From Haplodiscus bocki (Eukaryota), in assembly GCA_965655095.1 (NCBI GenBank), contig OZ296653.1:77314001-77378000 (forward strand): a DNA stretch of 64,000 nucleotides. Reading direction: 5' to 3'. Position numbers and translations under genes: made by a program. Each line of letters opens with the position of its first letter. Positions within the stretch are counted from its first letter, which is position 1. Under the pieces are notes generated by a model that made no database searches, had not been told where the DNA came from, and saw only the letters and a program-made list of their open reading frames with translations. Shown here in pieces: positions 12,151 to 25,300 of this stretch.

Positions 12151-14039
12151 ACGGTGTCCAGTTTTTTACTATCTGGGTAACAAGAAAAAAAAGAACTTCA
12201 AGACCTGCCCTTTAATTAATTCAAATAATAATCAGTATTTTTGTCTAAGATGCGGCAGAGCTCTCAAAAGGATTCATACGGACTGCCATCGAGAATAATT
12301 TATGAAGTGCTGTTTGAGATTATTAAATTTGTCATCAGGTGTTTCAATTTGTACCCTAAATTGTTTATTCACCAGTGCCCTGCCACGTAAACCAAAATTA
12401 TTGTGATTTACCGAATTTATCAGGTGGTGAGAGACGTATTGAAGAGTATGCCCACCAAACTTTTGAGCACTCGTTTTCCACATCAGAATGAGATAACCCC
12501 GTTATTACTGAACTAAATCTGTTGGCAAAATTTACCGGCTCTATTACCTTGTAGGTAGAGCAACAACAATCCCAAAATAGGCAGCGCAGTTCATTTCTAC
12601 ATAAAAATTTTGACTATTTTTAATTATGTTAAATCTACAAAAAAATCCTCGGTTGTTTTTTTTCCGATAATAACGCAGGACCTATCTGATATAAAAACGC
12701 AAATGCGAGAAATTTTGGTGTTACAACCATTGCCTTTACAAAAAAGATTGAAATCGCTGGTACCAAAAAATTAGCATTTTATACCCAGTGCTATATACTA
12801 AATTTTGAAAAAACAAAAGATAACCTTTTGTGATACTCCTCCAAAATTTGAGCTTTATTTAATCAGAAGCACGGGTTCGAAATGCCGTTTTTCGAAAAAA
12901 GTTACAGCTTTGATTTTCGGATACTTCGAAAAAAAGCGAAAAAAAACATTCATGATTTTTCCTTCCGTGCTAACGTCAACATTTTCGTGGAAACTTGCCG
13001 AGCTTTTTGGAGACAACGTATGAAATAATTTGAGTTTCAGGGGCAAGGCGTTCTCTGTTTGGTGTTCTCGCGCTTTGTTGATCTCTTTTATTACATCAGA
13101 CCTGTCTATTTTGAGAACAGTTTTATTTTATACTTCCTTGTTTATTTAGAGCGTGGTGTAATTTCATGAATTCCGGTACTGTTTGCTTTGGCTTATTACT
13201 TTTTGTGACATTAGCTTAGCTTCCACCTTTCCCGGGTTGGTTTCCACTTCTCCAAAATTGCAATGGATAAAAACTTCAAGGATTTGAGATGAGATATATT
13301 TTTTAGGGTTTTGCCCCTTCTCATTTTTATTTTCCATCGTGAATTTTTACGGAAAGATTTTTCAAGCTCAGTATGTAGACATTTTGTCCGCTAGTTTAAC
13401 AATTCAAAGTCTCTCTCTCTCTAATAACTCCTCGATTATTTTTGCTTGCCTCTATAGTTCAGTGGTCGATGACAATGACAGTCAAACACCGGCATTTGGT
13501 CACAACAAGGGGCCGGGTGCGATGCCCAATACGACCAATCTTTTTTCAACATATTTTTTGTCAACTTCTACTAGAAAAAAAATTATTTTTGTTCTACATT
13601 GAAGACTTTCGTTTTCACTTTATTGATAATTTTTTGGGTACATTCGGTATTCAAATTTGGAAACATTTTTGCACATTACAATAGCTCGACTGATTTCTAT
13701 GTAATTTTAGTAATCTTGCCTATTTTCCGGAAAATTTGTAATTTTTTATAGCAACAAAAACAAAATTTTTTCCAATGAAATTTAGGATTTTTAGATGTTG
13801 TTTCCAATTTATCGAAAGTTTTTCTTCGAAAAAACTGAAAAAACTTTTTTGTTTTAACTTTTTCAAAAAAAGGAAAAACATTGACTGTCGGAAGATTTAC
13901 TTTGAAAAAAGTCACACTATCAAAGTTTATTTTTCGCTTGAAAAGTTAATTTTTTGTCTTGTTTTTTTTGTGAATTCCATATCCCGACGTTTCATATCCT
14001 CAGCATAGCAGAAAAATTGAAAGCGAAACTTTTTTAGGC

Positions 14040-14830
14040 GAAGCATCTCATTGCCGAGAATGTACAGTCTAGAATGCCCAAAATACAAATGGTTTTGATG
14101 TTTCAGGTAATAACACTGGTTTTTCTCAGAACCAACCGGTTGAAATTATTCCATAATTCTTCCAATCGAAATAATTCATGTCACAAACAGTTTGTCAATA
14201 ATGTGACTATGTTTAAGTTTTTCCACTTGTAAAAAGCTTTTGAGATGTAACATCTTCATTTTTGCTCACTGAATCGAAAATTTGATTCGTCCAGATTCTC
14301 TGAAAGTGCACATTTTTTCATGACATTTCTGATGTCCAGACTCATTTAGTTCCAAAAATTCCTGTTGAATTTGTTACATCGGGGTCTCATTCAACACGTT
14401 TTTAGTTGCAGAAGCCTCCTGAACATTATATTCTCCCTTTTCTCCTTTGAATCAAAGACTTGATAGGTAGAATATGCCACGTAGTGCAACACGGTTTTCC
14501 CCCAATAATCATTTTCATTCAACTCCAGCGCTATCACTTCGTTTTTATGGATGAAGGTTTCAGTAATCAATCAACATATTTTGACTGCTGCTTAGTGATA
14601 ATTTCGATTTTGATCTTTGGAACAAATATCTCATAGGCTGGAAATGTCAAAAGTGCAGTTATAGTATATTTCCTTAATATCTGAACTGTGTTTACTCCAA
14701 AACTACGGGAATGACTTGATCCGTTGCTACCAAAGCGATTTTATGGTTGAAAAATTGTCGGCTTCAGGGAATGCACTGTTTTTAAGAACGGTAAAAAGGA
14801 CTTAGATCATGTATCAAGATGAGTATAGAG
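14040..14830 (-). mobile_element. Possible very decayed hAT transposase remnant
   Basis: Minus-strand 'FNHKIALVAT' (C.xH.L.L-like, ~14720-14755) and 'CTFSAMR' (ER.FS.M dimerisation motif-like, ~14045-14070), with plausible spacing. Confidence 0.3.
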
Positions 14831-17800
14831 ACTTTGCTTCAATTGATTCACAATTTTTCCGTTTTGAGTTTTTCATAACAAGATACTCTCTGTAAGGGAA
14901 GTTTGTTTTTTCAGTTAATCACTTCTGTCGATAATTTGATTCTGTATATAACAATACAGTGTGCACGCAGTCAAATTTTTTTCAACTTGAACCTTCAGTT
15001 ACGTTTCTAGTACCTTCTGCCAGCTAGCCCATTTGACTAGAAAACATCCTAAATTAAAACACCTTTTCCAGAAGACACATCCCCATTCAAAAACACGGCG
15101 AAAATTTAATGTGCCAATGAGTTAGTCTTATTTTTCAAGTATTTAACCTAAAGATGATTTCTATTTTTCTTTAAGAAAACTCGATGAAAGATAATTGGTC
15201 CTTAAGCAGGAATGGGTCGTTCTATCGCCGGAATTCATTCGTTCAAGTTCAATTCATACCAACTTTGGCTCTTTTTGGTCAACTTCTCTCAAGATTTAAC
15301 AGCCAAGCAAGTTGAGTGAAGTCTAATTTCGTAAAGCTCAGAATATTTTTGAGGCGTTTATTTAACTTCTTTGTCGATAATATCCTTAGAAATTTCTCAA
15401 CCCGGGTAGATACAACAAAAAATTCCAATTGATTATAAATTTTTCGAGCAGATGAAACTGGATACTTTTTCAAACGACCAGAGATGTTTTGAAAAAACTG
15501 AAAAAGTTGCCCCCGATTGCATAAATTTCGTGTGATGTACTCTTTCTAAGTTTCTCATGACACCCCCCAGCCTGAGAAGATCAGTTCTACAATTTTTTTA
15601 ATGGTAAAAAATTGCTAGCATTAACCTTCCACCTAGCTGACAAAAAAAATCTTTAAACGCCTCCTGCTCAAAAAATAAACTACATTTCATGAAATTTTGC
15701 TTTTATGATGATTGTTCTTGCTAAAATTTAAAATTGTGGTTGTGAGTATCTTCTCCATCCTTCTACATGAGGCTCTATAGTTTTTTGCCTGCGTAGAGGG
15801 GCAGAGGTCTTACGAAAGATTGGGGTATGCATTTGCAAGTAGTTTCGAAATTAGAAGAGAAACCATTTTTTTTCTAACATAACTTTTCATGTAACAATAC
15901 AATTTTTATGCATTCTACTAACGACAAACTTGATAATAAGTGTTTTCACCAGTATTTTCATCAACTAAATAATAATGAAGCTTGGAGTTTAGATCAAATT
16001 ATTTTCTAGTTAAATATTTTCCGCAAAAAAAAATTGAGCCTAAATAAAGTTGCGTTTATTTTCGATTCAAAATGATTCTCCCCAAAACTTTTCGATTTCA
16101 GACAATTCGACGCTAAATAGCACCCCCAATTATTTCCAATAATCAGCATAATCTTGACTAGTTGATCTTGACTGGTTGATGCGTAATTATAAATAATTGC
16201 ACATGCAAAAATCAATAACTGTATTTTAAATTTTGAAAAATAAATAGTTCCATCGTATTCATTTTATTGGCAATAACTTTTTATTAAAATTCATTCATTT
16301 CACATCCCTGTTTGTCCGAAAAAACAACCGAAAATTGAAATCTTAAAATGTTTGATAGGTTCGCAAAATAAGGCAACCAGAAAGTAATCTTTGTTTACTT
16401 CTACTGAAAGAGCATCCGAAAATGACTGAAGGGGCACAAGAAGCAAGATAGGAGATTTTTCAGTTTTAGAAATAGCTGATGCTAAAGAACAACACGCAGA
16501 TGCTAATTTTCGTTATAGTGGACAGCAGAAAAGAGGCTTGCTTTTAGTCTGGTTTATTCTAGCAAGTACCACCAATTAACAGTAGCCAATTTTCTGGAAG
16601 ACCTTATTATGTAGAAGATGCTGAAAGGTGAAAAAAGCTGAAAAGGTAGTAAGTCGAAGCTCCGAGCTGTTGTATCTGCAACGTTTTAATGAGCTGAAAC
16701 TTCTTGAAACCTGAATCTATGAATGCAGTATCCGTGCGTCATTACGAAGTATTGACATAGTACGCTTAAACTAGTTGTCCAGTTAACACCGTGTTGATCT
16801 GAAGTGGGGGTTTCTGGGACTCAGTTTTTCATGCACTTTTAAAAGAAGTTTTTAAAGAGTTTCTCATGATCACAATAAAGTTGGTTGGATCAAGTTCACA
16901 ATCTACCCCCCCTCATAGACCTAGTTCATTATCACCACCCCATGCACAGCACTGTTGAAATGATCCTGACCGTAAAGTTTTGGATATTCAAGGAAAGTAT
17001 TTTGAAATGTCGGATCGGAATTTTCCATACAAAATTATTTCATGCAAATCATTTTTACGGAGGGATTTTTGGAACCTTTTACAGTAAGTATGAAGCTGCG
17101 AAATTGAAAAAAAAATCGCGTATGCTTTTGGAAGTTTTTGGACTTTGCAAAGAGGATTTCACAAAAATTCTTAACATTTATAGTGAGTTCTCAATTATCC
17201 CAACACTTCGGGACCAGATTTTAAAAAATTTGATTGAAAATGTATTTATTCGAATAACTGAATTGAAAAATTACGCTTTTAAAACACTGAAATGACAAGA
17301 TCTCGATTTAGTTACTAATGTATCTCTTCAAATTGCTATCAAAGAACCCATTCTCGTTACAGTGAACAGAAGCTTCAATTTATCTACGAGTGAATTCTTA
17401 CCTTTGCACTTTTGAAATTACGCTCAAAAACCTTAAGGTGGTGGTTTCAAAAAAATTCGCAATCACAGATTTTTCGGATAACTGCGAGTTCGGATAATCA
17501 ATGTTTGGCATAATTGAGCAGGTATTGTACATCATCAGAAAAGTTTTGGAGCCGGCAAGAGGGTAGTACAATTAAATTTGATGCTTGCCTTTTTGAAACG
17601 TTTGGGTTTTCGCGAAATGTGAGGAGTTTCAGAAAAATTTGGGGGTATCGGCGCTTTAAAAAGATGTGTTTTTGGCGCTTTCAAAATGAGGAAAGGTATC
17701 TCGATTTTTTGACTTGAGTTCTAGCAAAATTTTTTGGTTTTTGGTATGTGCTAAAGGGTTATCAGTTTTGGTGTCAAGTTTTTTTTACCCCACAGTACCA

Positions 17801-17849
17801 AAAACATTATAACGGGAACGGGATTCTTTGGGGATTTGCAAAATTTAGC

Positions 17850-19487
17850 TCTGAGAGGCATCACCTGGGTCTGAAACGATTGCATTGTGGGGCTGATAGA
17901 CTGAGGACTCCACTTCAGGATGGGGATCATTCTGGGAATAGTCCCCAGTAGGTTACGGGTTTACTATGTCCGTGTTCCGGGATGTTCCCGGAACGGTTCC
18001 GGAGCGCGTCCGTTTCTGTGAGTTCACGCGAAAATCATCTAATTTAGACAGAGCACCCAAAATGCGGGACTCTGTCCTACTGCATTCCTGGGACATTTTT
18101 TTAGTGACTCTGCCTTCAATCTACTCAGAAACCTGCGTGATATACACCTCGTTAATTCGTGTTCCGAGCCTGGCCGTTCCAAGGATGTTCCTTTTGTGTA
18201 TCTCTTGAAACGGCTGCCAGCTTTCGCTTCTTTCTCAATGTTGCCATCTTTTGAAGGGAAAATCCTCGACAGTAGTGAAAATTGATTTATCTTTCTGTTT
18301 TCAACGAGCTCGAGAGTACAACGAAATGCAACTCTTTCAAAAAATAACTAGTTCCAATTATTTTTGGTCACCTGAATTACAAAAGTTGAAATACTATTCT
18401 TAAAAAATAGTACTTTCGTTCCTCCTAATTATACATTTTTCTTGATGGGAAACATGATTGTTTACACGCCAAGTCAACGTAAAAATATAAGATTTATTTT
18501 AATCACATTAACTATGTAGAGTAAATGCCAACTCTGGCGGGAAATTAACACCTTACCATCCATTTCTGCACTCATAAGCTGCATCTTTCCCATCTCTCGT
18601 TGAAAAATGCACGGGCCTAATCCGTCAAAAATGGACATTAAAGTGCCTATTCCTGCGCCGACACAATAAATAATAGTATAAACAAAGGATCTAATGGTTT
18701 TCCATTGTTCGAATACATGAAAAATTTCATCAGATTAGACAGGATAATAATAATAAAATTCATAATTTCGTGCTTAGGAGGTACATACGAGCTTACTTCG
18801 CATCATTTGAGGAATATTTGGGCAAGAAGTGTTCTTAGTCCGTTGCTCATTTTTACAGCTGCGTTCCTCATTTCAACTTCGCTGTTCCGGAACGTTCCGT
18901 ATTCGCTTGTAGCACTGCACGTAGCAGTGCTTCTGAATGAGTGAAATGTGTGAACATGGAATTGTTCCGTAATTGGCCAAAAACCTCAGAGTAATATAGC
19001 ACAGTAATTGGAATGATTTAGTGAGTGACGACATCAGATTGGCAGCGACGGAACACGTACGGAACATATATTCACTTTTGAAGTCACTTGATCTACATTG
19101 TAGAAGCGTTTGAATAAGCTGATCGAAAGCGTTTATGCAATTGATTACTGGACTTAGTTCTTGCAAAGGTGGATTCATATATATTTAATACATAATTTAA
19201 TGTATATATAGCACCTTTAAAATCTAAGTGAACTAAAGCAATAGTTGAATATCCGTTTGTTCCGTAACGGTTTCGTCCCAATCTGGATCAGTGCACGGGG
19301 GTGATACGTGCTTATCACGTATCAATATTACATGTAATAGAGTTATTAAAAAGCTAAAGCAGAATTATATAGATAAATAAGAAATAGTCCATTGTTTTAT
19401 TCAGTCTCAGTTAACCCCTTGACGATCCGGAGATATTCCTTCCTTTTGGTTGCGCTTGCCGGCAGGCTTCGCAGATTTGCTGCGTCA
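17850..19487 (-). mobile_element. Solo LTR copy B (1638 bp), ORF ATG at 18247
   Basis: Minus strand starts TGACGCAGCAAATCTGCGA and ends at the position homologous to the other copies (...GCCTCTCAGA). Contains MATLRKKRKLAAV...QVSE*IEGRVTKKMSQECSRTESRILGALSKLDDF. Flanks TTAGC/CTAGG match 3/5. Confidence 0.8.
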
Positions 19488-20542
19488 CTAGGCTTCTCTG
19501 TTGGAAAGTGTGGAAAATGTTTTCCAAGGTGTTCCGAAAGTGCATTGATTCGATTGAAGCAAAAGTCTTTTGTAGATAAAGAAAAGTCACGGTGATATTC
19601 GTGTGAATGCGTCAAGTTAAAACAGCTCAAATTTTTGAATAGCTCGTTAATCAAAAAATTAAATCAGTCACACACACGTTTTCGTATCAGAAACGAAACA
19701 CTCGGTTAACGATAAACATCAACAATCACCTAATACTCAGAAATACTAATGGCTAGGGGATTTTTCGATGAGAGACGCAACAAAAAGGAAAAACTCAACT
19801 TGGGAAAAGCTTTCATCATCAAAGAGTCGGTGAAGAAAAGTTTATAGACTGCACAACTGAATTTGTTTGTCCCAATATTGTGAAAAGTATTTTCATTCTA
19901 TGTGGTAAAACCTTTTGGACTATACATCAAAAACTCCATAGTTTGAAACAGCGCGAAAATGAAGAAAAATAATACAAAATGTTCCAGCTTCTTATGTATA
20001 GAGAGGTCGATGTGGATAGAAGTTCAACTGTTTAAGCGGTTGAGGAACAGAACATGAGGATCCAAAATTTTCATAAGAAGCTACCAATTTAGTCAAATTT
20101 GAAACAAATAGAACAAAAGGGTGCTATACATTCAAGCACTTGAAGGCTTCAGAGGACTTCTTTCACTTGATAGACTTCTACAGCAGTACAAATTGTTGTT
20201 CAACCCGATTACCTATTTTGAGCTGTAATTCAGGGTACTGAAAAAATTACGGCCTTCATCAAACTGGAAGATAGTCAAAAACTGATAGCAAGAATCATCT
20301 TGTGATCAAGAAGTTTGGAAACTACCGTTAGTCAACTGGTATGCCTGAACGAGCTATACAAGAAATGAAGAATCACCTTAACTCGTGAAGGGAAAAATTT
20401 GTTCACGCGCTATTCCGGCACACTTGCACCTTAATAGCGTGCCGGAATGGAGAAGAGAAAAAACAAGATGTTTTGCAAGAACTGAATAGCTGGAGCAACG
20501 TGTAAAAGTGATCGGCAAGAATGATTTCACGTTGACTAAAAC

Positions 20543-20654
20543 AGTTACTATATTGTTTGTTCATGAACGCGGAAATTCTGTTCACGCTTCTCGCGGCTAC
20601 GCCGCTCGAAGCGTGCCAGAATTTCCTCGTTCATGAACAAACAATATAGTAACT
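20543..20654. repeat. 112-bp near-perfect foldback (MITE-like palindrome)
   Basis: AGTTACTATATTGTTTGTTCATGAACG...GCGGC-TAC-GCCGC...CGTTCATGAACAAACAATATAGTAACT. The outer 27 bp pair perfectly. Confidence 0.9.
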
Positions 20655-21359
20655 ATTACTTCATCTACACCAGAAGAAGAAACTATTGACTGGTAAAGAA
20701 ATACACAAATATGAATCGGATGAACTACTCAGCATAAGCTACGTACTTACCATAAAAGCCCAATTTTGATGAAAGGTTTCACTGATAGAAGTTTCAAAGT
20801 ACAATAAATAAAATAAATCGAGTTTAACACGAAAATGCACTAGTAATTCTTGAGGAAATAATATCCACGAGATTGAGCGTAGTCTGAAAAGTGTTTCTGA
20901 TATAGGAAATGAGCCTTTCCGAAGAAATGCTAAAATTTAATCAATCAACAATGCCTAATTTTCCAGCTACTTTACAGGGAAACTACAAATATGCAAAACG
21001 GAACTTCCAACACTTTTCTCGTAACTTTGACTCCAAGAAACGAAAAAAAACTATTCGCTTTTTTCCATTTTCTGACCTATCTGGTGATTTTAACGATGTG
21101 CCAAAATAAAATGTTGAGTTGTCCTATTGTTTCTCTTTCGAAGTTGTTTCAAGTCGTCCTTTTTTGTGGAAAGTAACACTGCACTCAGAAGCCACTTCAT
21201 TGGTTCCTGGTTTTTTGGGCGCTCTTCCAGAATACATAGGCAAAAGCATGATCATGTTAAGGTTTTTTCAAGAGCCTGATTTTAATGTATTATTAACTTC
21301 CAACAGAATATATAACGAAAGGAGAGTCATTCTGTCAGTGTGTATATTGTTCCCGAATT

Positions 21360-22330
21360 TGCCTTTGCGGTTTTTTAAATCTCAAAATGTTCCTCTGGAC
21401 ACGTAGAATCCAGTTTTAACAACCCTGAGAAATATTTCCTCCCACAGTCCAATTTGTTTGCACTCAAACTCCACCATGAAACTGTGAATTTTCTGGAAAA
21501 AATTTTTATTCCACCGAAATGTTCTTGTGGGCGTTTGGAATGGAGTTTTGACAGCTTTGCCGAATAATTTCCGCTCGATCTCAGAAAACAAAGCATTTTT
21601 TTAATTGCAATTTTTTTCCAAAAAACTTTTCCCAATCAGTTTCTCTAGATCAGAAGATTGAAGTTTTGCAAACCTTACCAAAATTTTTTCCCTCAGAGTT
21701 CGAAACTGTATGGCTCAGAGTCCGAAAATTTTTTTTAGATGTAGAAGAAAGTAATTCTATTCAAAATTTTCCTCTGGATACGGAGAATACAGTTTAGACA
21801 CTTTGCCTATTTTTTCAAAGTCCAAAATTTGATTTCTCGAATTCCAAAGTCAAAAAAGAATTAAGAAAATTGAACTTTTTTAAAAAGTTCTCAAAGTCTT
21901 TCTCTGGAAAAGCAGAATGCAGTTTTGACAACCTGCCGACAATTTTTCTTCCAAAGTCTGAAAAAGTTTTGCTCAATGTTCACAAAAGTTCAAATTTTCA
22001 AACTTTCCAGGAAAAAAAACTGTCCTCAAGTTTCTGTCTGGATACATTGATTGAAGTTTTGACAACTGTGTCAAAAACTTTGCGCCAATATTCCGAAAAA
22101 CTTTTGCTCGAATTCTGAGAAAAATTGAAATATCTTAACTTTTTTCAAAATTTTCTCCCAAAAGTTTTTCTCTGAAGAATTGAAATGCAGTTTTGAAAAC
22201 GCTGTCTAAAAATTTTCACTCCAAGTTCGACAATTTTTTAGATAGAAATCTTCTTTCACTTTCTCTCCTCGCAAAAAGTTCCGGTGGACATATGAAATGC
22301 AGATTAGACAACCAGGACAGATAATTCGCT
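21360..22330 (+). repeat. Degenerate ~110-130-bp tandem repeat (core CTCTGGACACGTAGAATGCAGTTTTGACAAC)
   Basis: The core recurs about 8 times. The same family occurs reversed at ~35090-35470 and ~45070-47460. Confidence 0.8.
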
Positions 22331-25300
22331 GTTAAACTATGATGTTTTTGCTTGGAGGTTCCATAGTTTTCCAATAACTATTTTTTCGATGAATTATGGA
22401 AAACAGAGGATTTTTCAGTCAATTTAATTAAGGTTGTCAATTTATTGGTCATTCGTTTCTACCTGTATGGCTCCACATTGCCTGAATTTTGCCCAATTTT
22501 GATGAAGAGACTCTGTTTTACCACAAACTGTTTTTCATTTCGGTGGGACAACTTTCGAATTGTTTTTCTGGGAAACAGGTTTAAAAATTGAGCTAGTGTC
22601 AACTTTTTGGAAATTAGTTGTCATATTATAAGGATTCATTTCCGCAGAATGGGCTCCAAATTGCTCCAAAGTCAACGACGTGAGCGAGGAGACTCTGTTT
22701 TGTGACAAAGTAACTTCTGGTAGTGAATGGATATTTTCATGTATTTTTGCCAAGGCTTTTTTTGCTAATTGCGTCCATTTGGACAATTCTTTTTTCATAT
22801 TACAAGTCTTCTATTCTCTCAGGTAGGGCTCTAAAACGCCTGAATCTTTGTTTGGCCTAATGAAGAAAATCTGTCCTACCATACAATATTTTTTGTTTCC
22901 GGTTCAGCAAACGTTTGAAGTTTTTCTGGGAAAGAGGTCTGAAAAATGAGCTAGTTTCAACTAAATTGACAAAGAATGTCCTCTTATAAATCCTTCATTT
23001 CCACATTTGGGCTCCAGTAGGCTTCAGGTTTGCACATGTTCAACGAATAACTTCTGTTTTCTCACATACTAATCTTTGGTTGTGATTGGTATTTTTTGCG
23101 TTGTTTCTCGCAAAGGAAGCCTGAAGATCGAGCTTGAAGTCTCAACTTCGACAAATTTTTTGTCAATTTATAGGCATTTTACTTTCTCATGTTGGGTTTG
23201 AAGTGCCTGGTGTTTGCACTTCAGCTGAAAATTCCAAGCGTTTTCAATCTAATTGATTTTAGTTGCTGAGAAAATGCTTTTCCACGGGCTTGTGTCCTGA
23301 AGAATCTTCAAAATCAAGCTTTTTTGGTGTACCAAAAAACTCTGTAGACATTAAAAACTTCATATAGGCTTCTAATTCGTAATCTTGTTCGACTTTGGTA
23401 TAGCTCCAATAGGAGATTACTGTTTATGAGATAGTAGCTGTTCGCTCCGGTATCATTGTTTCTTGATCAGCTTTTTTCTTCACACTTTGTATATCGAATC
23501 TTTTCGAGTTCTCGCTTGTCAATTTGAAGTCCTATATACTGGTTTGGAATTTGAAACGATTTCACTCTGCGGAAAGAGTTATTGAAAGATACTAGTTAAC
23601 TCTGTTTCACAGAATACAGATTTTGTCGATATGTTTTTTACCTAGAAAAGTTTGGTAAGTGAGCTTTTTAGATCCACTTAGACATTACTTCCCGAATTTC
23701 AGTGTTATTTCTCAGAAGATACGCCCGAAAATGGCTCAGATTCTCCATTGTTTGAAAGAAGAGGCTGTTTTTCTATCTCGTTGCTTCTGGTACTGGTAAA
23801 ACATTGTTTCTCGGCGACAAAATGTGATAGTCAAACTATTTTTCATAGTTTGACTTTTTGTCAAATTTTTATTTTGGGGCTGTTACGACTGGAAACTACA
23901 AAAATTATCGATTGATTTAACAAGTAGGCTCCAACTGTTAACTTATAGTCTTGGCTCCAAATTTTTTCCCTTATTGTTTTAACGAAAAAGACCACCAAAT
24001 CGGGATTTATCGGCAATTTGAAAGTTTTGTGTATCTTTTGTTCCATATCTTGCAAACAAGGACTGAAATTTAGGCCGTTTTAGAGGTACAATGGTAAAGT
24101 CGCTCCAATGTATCACACACTATGTCTTATTTCCATTCAGAATTTTTTTGACGAGTTTTCTCCGATGAACAATTAAATTGATACTTCCTAAAAGCTTAGA
24201 TTTATGTCAAATCGGTGAAGCACCAAGATTTCCTTTGAAAAGTGATGAGTGGATTTCTTTTTGATTTTGGGATGCTTTTGCGAAAGGTCCAGCATCGAGT
24301 TTTTATTGCCTGTGTTTTTTTCTTTGCTTCAGGTTCATGACAAGCCAAAATTGCCAAAAGTATTATTAATCATTAAATCTCGATTTTCTACCTCATGATT
24401 CTCCATCACTAAGGACATGAAGTCTCCCAAAATGGGCTCAAATGTCGCGTTTCTACTCAAGGATGACTGTTCAATAGAAGAATGATGGATCTTGATCTTT
24501 GCGTTGGAAAGTTGGTAGTCCCAAAGCACCAAAGAATGATAATAATTTTGACATGTTCCTATATTCATTTTCTCATTTCTCATAACGATTGGCGTTGTTT
24601 CCTCCATCAAGGTAATAATTGATAACATTTTATCGATTTGAATCTCCTTGTTTTTGCTCAATAAACAGTACATTCATGATAATCCGAAAATGCCGAAAAG
24701 TTCAGGTGTTTTTGTCATTTTGCAAATATTCAGTTTCATGATTTCATAATGTTTCTTTTGAGATATTACGCTGCTTCCGCCAGCGTAATAGATTTTATCA
24801 TAAACTAATTTTAATAGAAAATTACAAATTAAAGAATCAAACAAGAAAATGCAGGCTTGAATTGTTCCGACAAGGTCTGAAAAGACTAAAACCCGACAAT
24901 ATTTTTCCCATTCGAATGAGATAGAAAGAAAAGCTCAAAGTCGGCGCTTTGCATCTATCCAACAAAAAAATTAGGTTGAGCCGTACAAAATGTATCAATT
25001 TTTTGTTTTATAGGTCCGAAAAATTGTTGCTTTTCAGAACTTGCATACATTTCATTTAGACTGTACTGGAATGCAGTAAAGTACGGTAAAAAAAGAGTCG
25101 TTCGAAAAGAAGTGGACTCTCAAAAAAATTAAATGAAGTAAGAGTCGGTTTTTTACGAAAGCACCACTTTTATCTTCATCGATCAAAATCTAGGTACGTT
25201 TGTTTCATAATTTTCCTCATCACATAATTTTTCGGAAAATATGGCTCCTGATGAAATCTTGATGAAACTCGCCAAAAATCATTTAGTCTATTATTCACGA

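Noticed and set aside
12274-12600. Pif1/Helitron helicase remnant ('SAQKFGGHTLQ')
   Set aside because: Only one loose motif; Walker A and B cannot be recovered.
13452-13540. Another tRNA-derived head (TAGTTCAGTGG ... GGTGCGATGCC)
   Set aside because: B-box is degenerate and there is no second copy in the window.
24335-24673. 112-aa minus-strand ORF
   Set aside because: No recognisable motif; length is compatible with chance or an unidentifiable decayed element.
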